A DNA stretch of 63,493 nt, the filler included. It is 3 parts of 3 records of this genome, joined end to end, with 100 filler letters (N's around TTAATTAATTAA, not from the genome) between each part and the next. Parts side by side here need not be neighbours in the genome. Positions count along the whole stretch, not along the records: positions 33,330 to 63,493 come from SRR31156797_4480; 2 more parts are not named here. One strand, written 5' to 3'. Below, one piece after another: positions 45,688 through 56,649 of the stretch. Position numbers and translations under genes: made by a program. The notes beneath the pieces were generated by a model. The model was not told where the DNA came from. It was given only the letters and a program-made list of their open reading frames with translations, and ran no database searches. Positions within the stretch are counted from its first letter, which is position 1, and every line of letters begins with the position of its first letter.

Positions 45688-45717
45688 GTCGGTAGTTCTA
45701 CTGGAAAAGAAATCCAT

Positions 45718-45725
45718 TACCTTTG
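45718..45725 (+). promoter_or_regulatory. Bacteroidetes sigma-A -7 element for smpB
   Basis: TACCTTTG fits TAnnTTTG and lies 8 nt before the ATG. Confidence 0.65.
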
Positions 45726-45733
45726 CAAATTCA

Positions 45734-46180
45734 ATGAATAAAACGATTGAAATAAAGAATAAAAAAGCATCTTACCAGTATTTCCTGGTGGAAGAAATTA
45801 CCGCAGGCATTCAACTTACCGGCACGGAGATCAAATCTATCCGCCTCGGAAAGGCCAACATTGCTGATGCTTTTTGTGCATTTAAGGGTGATGAGCTTTT
45901 TGTGAAGGAGATGCACATCGCCATTTACACCCAGGGCACCATCTACAATCATGAACCCAAGCGGGATCGCAAGTTACTGCTTACCCGCCGTGAGCTCAAA
46001 AAAATGTTGGGAAAGGTCAACGAAAAGGGATTCACGATTATTCCAACATTATTGTTTATCAATGATAAAGGGTTGGCTAAACTAAAAATCGCCCTGGCCA
46101 AAGGGAAGCACTTTTACGATAAAAGAGACACCATCAAGAAAAAAGATATCAAACGCGACATCGATCGCAGCCTGATTTAA
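45734..46180 (+). CDS. smpB: SsrA-binding protein
   Basis: Motifs NKKA..Y, AGIQLTGTEIKSIR, NHEPKRDRKLLL and GKHFYDKR. Confidence 0.97.
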   Translation: MNKTIEIKNKKASYQYFLVEEITAGIQLTGTEIKSIRLGKANIADAFCAFKGDELFVKEMHIAIYTQGTIYNHEPKRDRKLLLTRRELKKMLGKVNEKGFTIIPTLLFINDKGLAKLKIALAKGKHFYDKRDTIKKKDIKRDIDRSLI

Positions 46181-46254
46181 CAATTCTTTCAATTTTGATA
46201 AAATAACCAGACCTACTTTTGGGTTTTTAAATATGTAAATTTCAACATACGAAT

Positions 46255-46797
46255 ATGAAACCATTTACCTCAGGATTTTTAGCCGCAATATTTTTAACAA
46301 TGATTTCGGCATCTGTAATTGCACAGGATGCTGCCAAAATCAAATGGTACACCATCGAAGAAGCTGTAGAGTTAAACAAGAAAACGAAAAAGAAATTCTT
46401 CATCGACCTGTACACCGACTGGTGTGGCTGGTGTAAAAAGATGGACGCCAATACCTTTACCGATCCGGTAATTGCAGAATTCATGAACGAGAATTTCTGG
46501 CCGGTTAAATTTGATGCCGAATCTGCTGAGCCGGTAACCGTGCACGGGCAGGAATTTGTAAATCCAAATCCCGATAAACGCCGTTCATCACACCAGTTCG
46601 CAGTTGCGCTGCTCAACGGCAAAATGTCATATCCTTCATTTGCATTCCTCGATCAGGATGTGAAATTAATAACTGTACTTCCGGGATATAATCCACCTGA
46701 GAAACTGGAGCCGGTATTGCATTTCATCTCTGAAGAAGCTTACAAGGAAGAGACCTTCCAGGAATTTAGCGGGAAGTTTCAGGGTAGTTTCAAGTAA
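46255..46797 (+). CDS. Exported thioredoxin-fold protein (DUF255/SoxW-like)
   Basis: Signal peptide, YTDWCGWCKKMD, and cis-Pro motif SYP. Confidence 0.9.
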   Translation: MKPFTSGFLAAIFLTMISASVIAQDAAKIKWYTIEEAVELNKKTKKKFFIDLYTDWCGWCKKMDANTFTDPVIAEFMNENFWPVKFDAESAEPVTVHGQEFVNPNPDKRRSSHQFAVALLNGKMSYPSFAFLDQDVKLITVLPGYNPPEKLEPVLHFISEEAYKEETFQEFSGKFQGSFK

Positions 46798-47910
46798 ATG
46801 AAATCAGCTTTTACATCTGTTTTAATATTTCTTTTTTCAATCCTTTCCGTTGCACAAAATGGGAAGGATTTTGATTATGTGGACAGCATTACCAGGCTGA
46901 TTCCTGATCCTTTGACCTATTCCACTGATGAAATTACCAGGTGGGTAAATGATAGGTTTGAAACCGATGAAGAAAGGGTGCGTGCCTATTTCACGTGGCT
47001 GGCATCCAATATTTCGTACGACCTGAAAGATGACAGGACAACGCTTGCTGAAGGTGAGCTGGATGCGTTTATTTCAGGAACACTGGTCTGGCGAAAAGGC
47101 AAGTGCCAAGCCTACGCAGAGGTGTTCCACGATTTGTGCAAGAAGTCGGGCATCGAATCCTATGTTGTGCCCGGAATTGTGATACCACACCCCGATGAAC
47201 CCGTGGCAACACATGCCTGGATTGCTGCCTTTTATGATAACGAATGGCGTTTAATCGATCCAACGTATGGCGCTGGTTATGTTATTGATGGTAAATTTTA
47301 CAGCGAATTTGATGACAAATTTTTTGATATTGATGCTGATGAAATCATAAAAACCCATTTCCCCTACGATCCCATCTGGCAATTGCTGGAGCAGCCATTC
47401 ACTTTAAGACATTATTTCAGAGACCCGGGAGCAAGTTTTCCAACTGAAGAACCATTTGATTTTACCGATTCCATTGCCGTTTTTCTGAGTCAGGAGAATC
47501 TTGACAAACTTTTTTCTGAAAGAAGACGGGTGCTGCAATATGGAGCTGACCATCCGTTATTTGTAAACTACCTTGAGCGTCTGAACGATCACATCCGCTA
47601 TGAGGAAAATCTGATCACTTACAATGTTTTGAACGTATGTATTGAAGCATATAACAAAGCTGTAAACACTTACAACGTGACCTGCCATAACAGTAACCTG
47701 AGCCGCATTCCGAAAAGTGAAAGAGAATCTTGCCTTGAGACCCTTGACGGATTAAGTGAAAATCTTGATTACACACGTAAAACCCTCTCAGAAATTGAAA
47801 CACAGGATGAGGAAATGTGGGAAAAGATCATCGAACTCAAGCAATCAATTTTAAGTATTCAACAAGGCATCAGCGACAAAGCTGCTATGATCGAGCGGTC
47901 GATGAGATAG
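46798..47910 (+). CDS. Exported transglutaminase-like (KY-type) cysteine peptidase
   Basis: Signal peptide and a C-H-D triad in GKCQAYA, THAW and LIDPT. Confidence 0.85.
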   Translation: MKSAFTSVLIFLFSILSVAQNGKDFDYVDSITRLIPDPLTYSTDEITRWVNDRFETDEERVRAYFTWLASNISYDLKDDRTTLAEGELDAFISGTLVWRKGKCQAYAEVFHDLCKKSGIESYVVPGIVIPHPDEPVATHAWIAAFYDNEWRLIDPTYGAGYVIDGKFYSEFDDKFFDIDADEIIKTHFPYDPIWQLLEQPFTLRHYFRDPGASFPTEEPFDFTDSIAVFLSQENLDKLFSERRRVLQYGADHPLFVNYLERLNDHIRYEENLITYNVLNVCIEAYNKAVNTYNVTCHNSNLSRIPKSERESCLETLDGLSENLDYTRKTLSEIETQDEEMWEKIIELKQSILSIQQGISDKAAMIERSMR

Positions 47911-47949
47911 GAGTCATTGTTTTTTCTATTCTGGAAAAACGTAATCTTT

Positions 47950-48861
47950 TTAGTCGAAATACTCGTAATAATAATAATACAAATTGCCCTGAGAATGCGG
48001 ATACCCATCGTCGTCATGCTCAAAAATAAGGTAGGTCGGTTCACCAAAAGGTACTTTTAATCCTCCGTCTTCATAGGTAAATGATTGAAACCCATTGATG
48101 GTATTTGATGATAAAATTTGTTCGACATTAATTCCATGGAGCGACATATAATATTTTGGTATGCCCTGACGATCGATGATTCGATACTTATCAGTGAAAT
48201 AGTTTTCCCTGCTGGAATAAGGATACTGCCCTTCAAACCGAAAACGCAAAACCTCACATACATTACCTGAAGAATCGCGCAAAAAAACGTTTTTGGTTGG
48301 CATTTCAAAGTTATAGTATCGAATATAATGATACTCAATTATGGAGTCGATTGATGGGTAGATAAATTCGCTGAAAACACTCAGTTCGAAATTTTCATTC
48401 TCATCACCTGGTTTAAATGTAGAAATTTTTGTAAACCTTCTCTGCAAATCATATTCAACATCGTCGTATTGCAACAAGCTACTATCAGGAGCTAATAACT
48501 TAACCCGTATTGCATTGCCATCTATATCATATTCCGGCAAAACGTAACCTGCTATATCAGTATGATCATATTCCCTGAAAAGATAGGATTTTATATATTT
48601 CTTTTCATCATATATGAACTCTACTTTTGTTCCTGAGATACCCATGCCCGGATCCTCCAGATATATAGATTTTAAATATCTCCCGGCAGGTTTTTCGGGA
48701 TAATCCGGTGGGACATAACTAAATTGATTTTCGGGATATTGCTCAAGTCTATCCTTCCGGCATGAAAGCATTACTACACTAAAAAACAACACAAATACCA
48801 ATATAAATTTAAATTTATGAGGGTGTGAGAAAACCTTTGCAATTGTGGCGATGATCTTCAT
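47950..48861 (-). CDS. Hypothetical lipoprotein
   Basis: Hydrophobic stretch followed by the LSC-RKD lipobox. The body is Tyr-rich with a beta-strand character. Confidence 0.7.
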   Translation of the reverse strand: MKIIATIAKVFSHPHKFKFILVFVLFFSVVMLSCRKDRLEQYPENQFSYVPPDYPEKPAGRYLKSIYLEDPGMGISGTKVEFIYDEKKYIKSYLFREYDHTDIAGYVLPEYDIDGNAIRVKLLAPDSSLLQYDDVEYDLQRRFTKISTFKPGDENENFELSVFSEFIYPSIDSIIEYHYIRYYNFEMPTKNVFLRDSSGNVCEVLRFRFEGQYPYSSRENYFTDKYRIIDRQGIPKYYMSLHGINVEQILSSNTINGFQSFTYEDGGLKVPFGEPTYLIFEHDDDGYPHSQGNLYYYYYEYFD

Positions 48862-49085
48862 ATAATCGTTTTTAACAAAGGTAAGGTAAATACTTTTGGT
48901 ATCAAAAATGCGAATTGGTAGTTACTACATCCTGATGGTTCCAGGGTTTGGGGTAGATGATGAAGCCTTTATCAAATTTAGTTACTCAGCACAAGCATCA
49001 GGGAAAAATCAGCAATGATAGAAAGATCTTTGAGGGAGTATCTGGCAACCAGTCAGCGGATCACAAATAAAATACGTTGAAGAGT

Positions 49086-49433
49086 TTATCTCTTCTTCTT
49101 CTTGCTCGATGTGGCCTGCGGGTTATATGCCAGACACAGGTCTATCCAGCTTTCCAAATCCCGATCCATGTCCCACCCTTCCGGATCAACAAACACAAAA
49201 CCCTTCATAGGCCGTTTGGTAAAATCCATCTCCCGGGCGCCTTTTCTGGTCAAAGCTTCAGGATATAAATCCGGGCCAACACGTGCCATCAGGTTATCCT
49301 TCACTACGCCTGCGCACATCTTATCATCCACCATATAGCACACACCGCCCATCATTTTCTTTTCCTCAAAAGGAATTCGTTTTGTTTTAAAAACATTTTT
49401 AATTCTGTCGGCAAGATGTTCATTGTAAGGCAT
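49086..49433 (-). CDS. TfoX N-terminal domain protein
   Basis: EKKMMGG..YMVDDKM..GV..LMARV...MDFT.RPMKGFVFV. Confidence 0.88.
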   Translation of the reverse strand: MPYNEHLADRIKNVFKTKRIPFEEKKMMGGVCYMVDDKMCAGVVKDNLMARVGPDLYPEALTRKGAREMDFTKRPMKGFVFVDPEGWDMDRDLESWIDLCLAYNPQATSSKKKKR

Positions 49434-49685
49434 ATTCGTAAGTTTTTATGTCCTATTAAATTTCAGTTTGGGTTGATTTGTTCATTTCGGATTTCAATGG
49501 ATTGAAATGTTTTCCGGATTGGCTCAGGCCTGATGTTGATTTCATGATACAGCAAAATATGTTAATCCCGTATCTGATTAGTCGAGCTTACAATTTTGGT
49601 GATTAACTTTTATTAAAGGTTAAGATTTGATATTCAGGTATTTCATTATTATAATTGTTAAAATAATAATCTTGGAGGTTCAATT

Positions 49686-49934
49686 ATGTATTTTATAAAA
49701 CATGGAAATTTAAATCGACTAGCAACGATTGGAATTACATTTTTTTTAACGCTGATAAATGTTTTGGCATGGGCACAAGTGCCTACACATGTCCCCTCAC
49801 CTGAAGCAGAACCAGTGGATTTTATTGGAACATGGGAAAATATCATTATTTACATCGTTATTCCGGCTTTCATCATCTTAATTTATTTTGTTTGGCGCAA
49901 ACGAAACAAAAAAAATCAGGAAGCAAATAAATAA
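49686..49934 (+). CDS. Small membrane-anchored protein
   Basis: Signal-like N-terminus, QVP..P linker, one TM segment and a basic tail (WRKRNKK). Confidence 0.65.
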   Translation: MYFIKHGNLNRLATIGITFFLTLINVLAWAQVPTHVPSPEAEPVDFIGTWENIIIYIVIPAFIILIYFVWRKRNKKNQEANK

Positions 49935-50015
49935 ACAGAACAAAGAGCCTGAATAAATTGAAGTATTTTATGATCTGTTCCGGGGTAAACCCGGAGGAAT
50001 GGAAAAACAGCCGGA

Positions 50016-52985
50016 TTAATTTCTTAGAATGATACACTTCTCCGTAAATTGCTTTTTTCCTGCCTCGATATTGATAAAATATATTCCGGGATCGGCAACT
50101 TTTCCATCAGCTTGTTTTCCATTCCAGCTAAAAAGGTTTGTTCCGTTTCCGATGTTCAGGTTTTGCCGGAGTATTATTTTTCCGGTATAATCGTAAACTA
50201 TGAGCAGACCTTCGCCCTGCCATGACGATTTAAACTTTAAAACAGCAGAACCTTTTTCAGGTTTTAACGGGTTTGGATAGATATGAAATGAATTTGTAGT
50301 ATTGTTTTCCACTGCCCGAATTTCATCTACAGCAACAACAATCTTCTCAAAAGTACTTTCAGTGTAATCGAGCTTGATTTGATCAACAGCTACATTTGAT
50401 TTAACCTGTATATGGTAAAAATCATTGGGAAAGGGGATTGGATTCTGCAGGCTAAATTCTCCCCACGGCTCCCAACAAATCAGGCTCACATCATCAAACC
50501 AGGCCAGTCCATCACCTTCGTCTGGTCCTGTGCTCCTTAACCTGATGTCAAAATAATTGGTACCTGCCGGAACAATCAGTTCATGATGGAAGAATGTCCA
50601 GTCCGTGTCTCCGGAAATCTCAACACCGATTTGCTCTGTTCCGATAGCTGATCCTGATGGCCTGGTTTCAAAATATTGAACCTCAATGGTTGTATTTTTG
50701 GCATTTTGGGTTTTTATCCAACCGCATAATGAATAACTGATTGTATCGGAGGGGCAAATAATGCGCTCTTCAAAATTTGTTAGCAGGTTGTATGTGTTTC
50801 CTTCTTCCCGAAATTGCTGGATTGACCTTTCTCCCAAATGACAAAGTGTATCGCACCAGGTTTCATCCTCATGGTTCAGATTCCAGAGAGTGCATCCTTC
50901 ATCCTCCATATTTCCCCACCAAATGAGTTCGCGCCCCAGTCTGAATTCATAATCTCCCGCAGGATTGATTGAATTCACGGAGGTAATGCTCCCGGTTTTT
51001 TCAATTTTATGGGGTGATGAAATCCAGGTTGTGTCCGCAGGTTGCACCGGTAATTCCGTAAAATATACAACCTCAAAAATCTCCATTTGGGTGGTGTCCA
51101 TAATCACAGAGGCAGTTATGCTGTCATTATCTATTTGGAGCCAGGTATCCAGGTCTTTTGATTTTTTGGCCAGGTCGTACAGGATATATTTCCCGAGTTC
51201 CCCGGTAGCCCTTTTTGGGATATAATCATCAAGGTAAACTGGCGTAAGGGTGAAGGCTGAGAATCCGGATTCATCCACTTCGGTATTTAAAACCATCGAA
51301 GGGTAGGTTTCGGGATAATCCAGGTCGAAAACAAAATCACCGAGTGAATGCGCTATCAGTTTTCCCTCATAAAGCTCCACAGCCTGCATGATGTGTGGAT
51401 GATGGCAAATCACCAGGTCAGCTCCGTTGTCGATGGCAAACTGCCTGATTTCCCTATCGGTTTTGAATGGACGAATGGCAAAAGGATCAAATCCTTCATC
51501 TTCAAAAACAGTGGTTGAATCATCCATTGGGGCCAGCGAATATTCAACACCGGCATGCCATTCCATCACGATCAGATCGGCAACATCTTTTACTTCATTG
51601 ATTTGGTTCTGGATATTAAATTCGGTGAGGTTGTAAAAACCGGGTTTGTTATAGCCGGCATTCAGGAAAGGTTGATAATTGTTGTATTGACCATGCCTGT
51701 CGCTGGCTGCAAGCAATGCAAACTGCACCCCCGATTTTGAAACAAACAGTGGCCGTGCAGCTTCGTAAGCAGTTTCCCCGGCGCCGGAGTACTTAATATC
51801 TGCGGCTTCCAGCACGTCCTGAGTTTCGAGCAGTCCGGGAGTTAAATAATCGAGGATGTGATTGTTTGCGAGCGTAACCACATCGATTCCGGCAAAAGCC
51901 AGCCCGGAAACATTTTCAGGCGAGCCTTTAAAATAGATGCTTTTGGTGGGGTGATTTTCCCAGGCATCAGTAAGGGGGCATTCAAGGTTGGCAATCGAGA
52001 TATCTGCCCTTTCACCAAAAATCTCAAGTGTAGGTTCAAAAATGGCATTCACGCCCTGTGTGGGAATGATGCCGCCTGGATATTCGAATTTACGGGCCAG
52101 CATGATATCGCCAACAAAGTTTAAAGTCACAGGGAACGAGGTTCCTCCAGGACCAACCTCAACTTTGCAGCTGGCATAACCCTCCATCCCGGATTCATCT
52201 GTTACGGTTACCATGACGGTGAATGCGTGATCATCAGAAACCTGGAATGTATGCACAGGATGCTGCTCAGTGCTGGTGTTGTCATCCCCAAAGTCCCAGA
52301 GAAACTGATGTTCATCACTATCGGGATCGATGACCTGGGCATTAAATTGATATTCAATTTCTTTTCCTCCGGAACTAATTTCGTAATAATCGATCGTTAC
52401 CTTTGGGGTTATCGGTAGCTCATCAGTAACGTCAAGGATTTCATCAAAGTAAACACTGCCAAAATAAGTATCGTCCCGGTCATTGATATAAACCAGTCCG
52501 GTGATTTCGGGCAGGTATCCAAAATATTCCAGCCAGTCTTCTCCCACAGGCAAGTAGTATTCGTTCCATGCCCAATTATCGAAAGCACCCTGGTAAACCG
52601 GAATCCAGGTTTCCGGGTTCACTTCCTGCGTACCTTCAAAAGCATATCGAAGCAGGTTTGTCCCATCGGTGATTCCAAATCCCTGTATTTCAGCAACCGA
52701 TTCAATGAGGGCTGAAACTTTCCAAACCGCGGCAGTATCAATAGCATATGCATCGATATTTTGTAGTTTCCAGGTGTTGCCAAAAAGTTTGAGAGACCAG
52801 GGTGAATCGTTCCAGGTTACGGCGGAATTCAGCTCCCAGGCCTCCGGGTCAACATCTTCTGAGGAATACGAAATCAGGCCTATGAATCCTGAATCGAAGT
52901 TTTCAAGTGTATCGGCTTTTTGACCAAAACCCTTAAAAGTAAAGATCAAAAAAAAGATTGTGAAATAAATGGATAAAGTTTTCAC
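50016..52985 (-). CDS. T9SS-secreted CapA/PGA_cap-type metallophosphoesterase with PKD and carbohydrate-binding-like domains
   Basis: Signal peptide, PKD motif WDFGD, metallophosphoesterase motifs VGDIML, NLECP, ANNHILDY, HAGVE, HHPH and SLGDFVFD, and a C-terminal YPNP..WNG..GIYF domain. Confidence 0.88.
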   Translation of the reverse strand: MKTLSIYFTIFFLIFTFKGFGQKADTLENFDSGFIGLISYSSEDVDPEAWELNSAVTWNDSPWSLKLFGNTWKLQNIDAYAIDTAAVWKVSALIESVAEIQGFGITDGTNLLRYAFEGTQEVNPETWIPVYQGAFDNWAWNEYYLPVGEDWLEYFGYLPEITGLVYINDRDDTYFGSVYFDEILDVTDELPITPKVTIDYYEISSGGKEIEYQFNAQVIDPDSDEHQFLWDFGDDNTSTEQHPVHTFQVSDDHAFTVMVTVTDESGMEGYASCKVEVGPGGTSFPVTLNFVGDIMLARKFEYPGGIIPTQGVNAIFEPTLEIFGERADISIANLECPLTDAWENHPTKSIYFKGSPENVSGLAFAGIDVVTLANNHILDYLTPGLLETQDVLEAADIKYSGAGETAYEAARPLFVSKSGVQFALLAASDRHGQYNNYQPFLNAGYNKPGFYNLTEFNIQNQINEVKDVADLIVMEWHAGVEYSLAPMDDSTTVFEDEGFDPFAIRPFKTDREIRQFAIDNGADLVICHHPHIMQAVELYEGKLIAHSLGDFVFDLDYPETYPSMVLNTEVDESGFSAFTLTPVYLDDYIPKRATGELGKYILYDLAKKSKDLDTWLQIDNDSITASVIMDTTQMEIFEVVYFTELPVQPADTTWISSPHKIEKTGSITSVNSINPAGDYEFRLGRELIWWGNMEDEGCTLWNLNHEDETWCDTLCHLGERSIQQFREEGNTYNLLTNFEERIICPSDTISYSLCGWIKTQNAKNTTIEVQYFETRPSGSAIGTEQIGVEISGDTDWTFFHHELIVPAGTNYFDIRLRSTGPDEGDGLAWFDDVSLICWEPWGEFSLQNPIPFPNDFYHIQVKSNVAVDQIKLDYTESTFEKIVVAVDEIRAVENNTTNSFHIYPNPLKPEKGSAVLKFKSSWQGEGLLIVYDYTGKIILRQNLNIGNGTNLFSWNGKQADGKVADPGIYFINIEAGKKQFTEKCIILRN

Positions 52986-53322
52986 CTGCGGGGGATTAAA
53001 TCACGTAATCCGTAAATTTTTGTTTAACAATGTAAAGATGTGCATTTTTTAGAAAGTTGCACTCTGCAAGGTGTTTATTTTTAGCATACATCAAATTAGA
53101 TTAGAATTGGGCTGCTCACTCCGAAATGTAATAAAGGAATTCTCCAAAGTTCTTGAGCCTGACAATCAATGATTAGCGGAAATCAGGATTTCGGCGTTCA
53201 AATAATGTAATGTTTGTTTAGGATTTTTTAAACCTTTTGTGACATTTTCGTGATACTTAAGTATATCCTTTGGTGTGATAAACAGATTATTAAAATGTTA
53301 AACCTATAAAGCCATATTTATT

Positions 53323-54960
53323 ATGAAAAATGTTTTTTTATTTTTTATTGCACTTTTTATCAGCACCAGTATGTTTGCCCAGAACGTGAGTGGTGTAGCC
53401 ACAAATGCTGAAACGGGTGAACCTTTGTCTGGATTGTATCTTTTGTTAACCTACACCAACGGTGGCATTGCAAGTGAAACGGAAGTAGCTTCTGATGGTA
53501 GTTTTGTCTTTACTGATATTGAGGATGGGACGTATAATCTGGAATTTTATTCGTATCCTGACCCGGTGATACTGGGTGGCGATTATTTTCTGCTGACAAA
53601 CTATCCTGATGATATCATCGTGGATGGTGGCAATGTATCCGGAATAGAATTCAATATTCCGCCACACCACCCTGAACATATCCTCACCGGAACCTTGTAC
53701 GATGCGGTGACCAACGAGCCAATTACAATACAGGATTTTGAGGTGCGATTGAAGCTTCAGTACTATGTTGAGTTTTTTAGCGATTATTCTACCGAAAACG
53801 GAACCTACATCATTGAGGGTTTGCCCGACTGGACCTATGAACTTAATGTTTTTGAAAATGATTATTACGAAGGGATTTACACAGATATAACTATCGAGCC
53901 GATGAACTCCGATACAGTTCATATGGACTTTTACCTGCAACCAAAAATGGGAGCAACCGTTGCAGGAGTACTGCTCAACAGCAATACAAATGAGCCTATA
54001 ATGCAGGCTGGCCGGACGATTAAACTGAATGCCATCAATGCGTTGTTTACTGAAACCAACGAGCAGGGTGAATTTACTTTCGTGAATGTTCCACCAGGAA
54101 ATTACGCCGGAATTTCTGTAACCTCACAAGATACCAGTTACGTAAACACTGAACAAAGTGAGATTGATGCCATTTATGTTCCGGAGGAAGGATTGGATAA
54201 TATTGAATTGTATCAACAACCGTGGGTTTCGGTGCATGAAATTTCTGCTGATGACCTGATGTTTGAACCCGGAGAAACCAAGACAGTCCAGTTCTCCATT
54301 GTTAACGACGACCTTGTTTATGGTGCCATCTGGGGTGTAAACCTGGTATTACCTGAAGGAGTAACCGTGCTCAACTCCACACCATTTTACAGTCAAAGCA
54401 CTGATGAAATAATTTTTGAACCCAAACCCGAATGTAGCAGTGATGCGATAATAGCATGGGAAGGCTGGCACTGGGTTGGCATTCCGCCATATGCTTCCTC
54501 CGAAGGTAATCTGGATGTACTGAATGAAGCAGCATGGGCTGAGGTAACCCTTGAGTTTGCCGATAGCGCTTCAATGGATAATGCACCCATATTTTATGAG
54601 ATATTCTATGATATTCACTGCTATTCAATCCAGCCATTTAGCTTTGGTACCATCATGATGCAAAATGATGAATTGACAGGTATTAATAAGCCCTTAACAA
54701 CGGATAACAAGGTAACCAGTTACCCAAATCCTGCCGCTGACCAGACAAATATCAATGTTGACCTGGATCAGCGCAGAAGAGGTAAAATCGTATTGTATGA
54801 CCTTACCGGACAAGAAGTATTGAATACCGGACAGGAAGTTTTCGGAGAAGGCAGCAATTCTGTTCACCTCAACACCAGTGAGTTACAAAATGGTATTTAT
54901 TATTACAACTTTGTGGCTGATGATATGAAACTTACCGGCAAACTTGTTGTATCAAGATAA
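53323..54960 (+). CDS. T9SS-secreted protein with three carboxypeptidase-regulatory-like beta-sandwiches
   Basis: Signal peptide, three G.......T.EP(L/I)....G.(F/Y) repeats, and a C-terminal YPNPA..GIYY..KLVV domain. Confidence 0.85.
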   Translation: MKNVFLFFIALFISTSMFAQNVSGVATNAETGEPLSGLYLLLTYTNGGIASETEVASDGSFVFTDIEDGTYNLEFYSYPDPVILGGDYFLLTNYPDDIIVDGGNVSGIEFNIPPHHPEHILTGTLYDAVTNEPITIQDFEVRLKLQYYVEFFSDYSTENGTYIIEGLPDWTYELNVFENDYYEGIYTDITIEPMNSDTVHMDFYLQPKMGATVAGVLLNSNTNEPIMQAGRTIKLNAINALFTETNEQGEFTFVNVPPGNYAGISVTSQDTSYVNTEQSEIDAIYVPEEGLDNIELYQQPWVSVHEISADDLMFEPGETKTVQFSIVNDDLVYGAIWGVNLVLPEGVTVLNSTPFYSQSTDEIIFEPKPECSSDAIIAWEGWHWVGIPPYASSEGNLDVLNEAAWAEVTLEFADSASMDNAPIFYEIFYDIHCYSIQPFSFGTIMMQNDELTGINKPLTTDNKVTSYPNPAADQTNINVDLDQRRRGKIVLYDLTGQEVLNTGQEVFGEGSNSVHLNTSELQNGIYYYNFVADDMKLTGKLVVSR

Positions 54961-54982
54961 TCAAAACCACGTTTCTGCTCAT

Positions 54983-55020
54983 ATCCCGGGGCTTCACATG
55001 AAGTCCCGGGATTTTTTTTT
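54983..55020 (+). terminator. Intrinsic terminator
   Basis: ATCCCGGGGCTTCA-CA-TGAAGTCCCGGGAT followed by T8. Confidence 0.88.
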
Positions 55021-55153
55021 GATGTACACTTCAAGCCCTGCTTAAACCAGCGTTTCATGATATGTTGTAAATCTCAATACCTTAATTGCAGCAGTTTTCG
55101 TAACCAGGCAGGTATTTCTTGCGTCATATCTATATAATTCAATATTTAAGACC

Positions 55154-56623
55154 ATGATACCAAAAAACGGAATGACATTTTTACTGATTTTTTCCATATT
55201 TTTCCAATTTCAGAATATCGATGCACAGCAAAACGATTCCATTAAAACAACCAGGTTTCTTCAGTCCATCCGTGATACATTTCCGGAAATACCTGGAATT
55301 TATGCGATTGCTGTCGATCGTGAACGGATTTTGTTCACCGCTTCTGCAGGTTACGCTGATTCTGAAAACAAAAAAACATTCAATATGCAAACAGAACTGT
55401 ATGTTGCTTCCAACACGAAAGCGTTCATCGGGCTGGCTTTAGCACAGCTCAGTGCCAATGGTAGTCTTTCGTATGATGACCCCATCGTAGATTATCTCGA
55501 TGCAGACCGGTTCCCGGACTCACTAAATATTGATGAAATCACCATCCGCAATTTGTTGGGCCATACCCATGGCTACTCCAACGATGTAATTACCTTCAGA
55601 ACGGCCTTTGCCGGGAATGCTCCCGACAGTGTCCTGCCTGGTTTGCTACGATTCACGTCCTGGTACGGAGAACCCGGAAACCACGATTTCAGGTATAACA
55701 ACTTCAGTTATCTGTTGGCAGGAATGGTGATCGAACAGGTTACAGGAAGTTCCTGGCAAAAATATTTAAAGGACAGCCTGCTAATTCCGGCTGGCTTGAA
55801 ACAAACCACACCGTTTATTTCGGATCTTGACCCGGCAACTCTGGCGAAACCTTATATCTATAGCCCGTCAGGCAATATTTGTGGAAAGGTAAAATCAGAA
55901 AATACGATGCATGCAGCGGGTGGATTGATGAGCACGGCCACTGATATGGGCAGGTGGTTAAGGCTGTTTATCGACAATGGTAATTCTGCACTTAGCAGTG
56001 AAATAATCAGTTGGGCAATTCGGCCTCTTGTTGCTGATACCGGCAGGATGGGCCCTTTCATGCGATATGGATATGCCAGCGGCTGGATAACCGGAAACTA
56101 CAATGGCGATAAAATGCTTTTCCACTTTGGGAGTTACCCCGGTTATGGTTCGATGATGTCTTTCATGCCCGAAAAGGATCTGGGTGTTTTTGTATTTGTG
56201 AATGAAGGAAAAACCGGTATGATGGTAAGCGCTATGGCGCTCACTTACATATACGATCTTCTCCTGAATAAAAATCATAACCCGCAGACGCAGGCCATGA
56301 TAAAAAATATGGTTATAAAAACACTCGGCAAACAGACTGATCCTCCATCCCGTATATTATCACCAGGTGATGCTCCCGTAAAGGAAAAAGTCTGCTTTAA
56401 CAGCGAGAAATACGGCGACCTTTGGATTTACCCTGAAGGGGATCAGGTCCATGCAAAACTTGGAAACCTCATCGGTACGCTTTATCACAGCGATACAATC
56501 GCCACATACCTTGTGGACTGGATACCCGGTTCACCTGAAATCCTCACATTTGAAAAGGACAGCTCAGGGATCAGGGTTGTTTATAAGGATTATGGTATTT
56601 TTATCCAGGCTATTGGCGAGTAA
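55154..56623 (+). CDS. Serine hydrolase, beta-lactamase/class C family
   Basis: Signal peptide, SxxK (ASNTK), LLGHTHG, YxN (YNN) and HFG. Confidence 0.9.
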   Translation: MIPKNGMTFLLIFSIFFQFQNIDAQQNDSIKTTRFLQSIRDTFPEIPGIYAIAVDRERILFTASAGYADSENKKTFNMQTELYVASNTKAFIGLALAQLSANGSLSYDDPIVDYLDADRFPDSLNIDEITIRNLLGHTHGYSNDVITFRTAFAGNAPDSVLPGLLRFTSWYGEPGNHDFRYNNFSYLLAGMVIEQVTGSSWQKYLKDSLLIPAGLKQTTPFISDLDPATLAKPYIYSPSGNICGKVKSENTMHAAGGLMSTATDMGRWLRLFIDNGNSALSSEIISWAIRPLVADTGRMGPFMRYGYASGWITGNYNGDKMLFHFGSYPGYGSMMSFMPEKDLGVFVFVNEGKTGMMVSAMALTYIYDLLLNKNHNPQTQAMIKNMVIKTLGKQTDPPSRILSPGDAPVKEKVCFNSEKYGDLWIYPEGDQVHAKLGNLIGTLYHSDTIATYLVDWIPGSPEILTFEKDSSGIRVVYKDYGIFIQAIGE

Positions 56624-56649
56624 AAGAGCAAATGCGTTGGAAGCACTAT

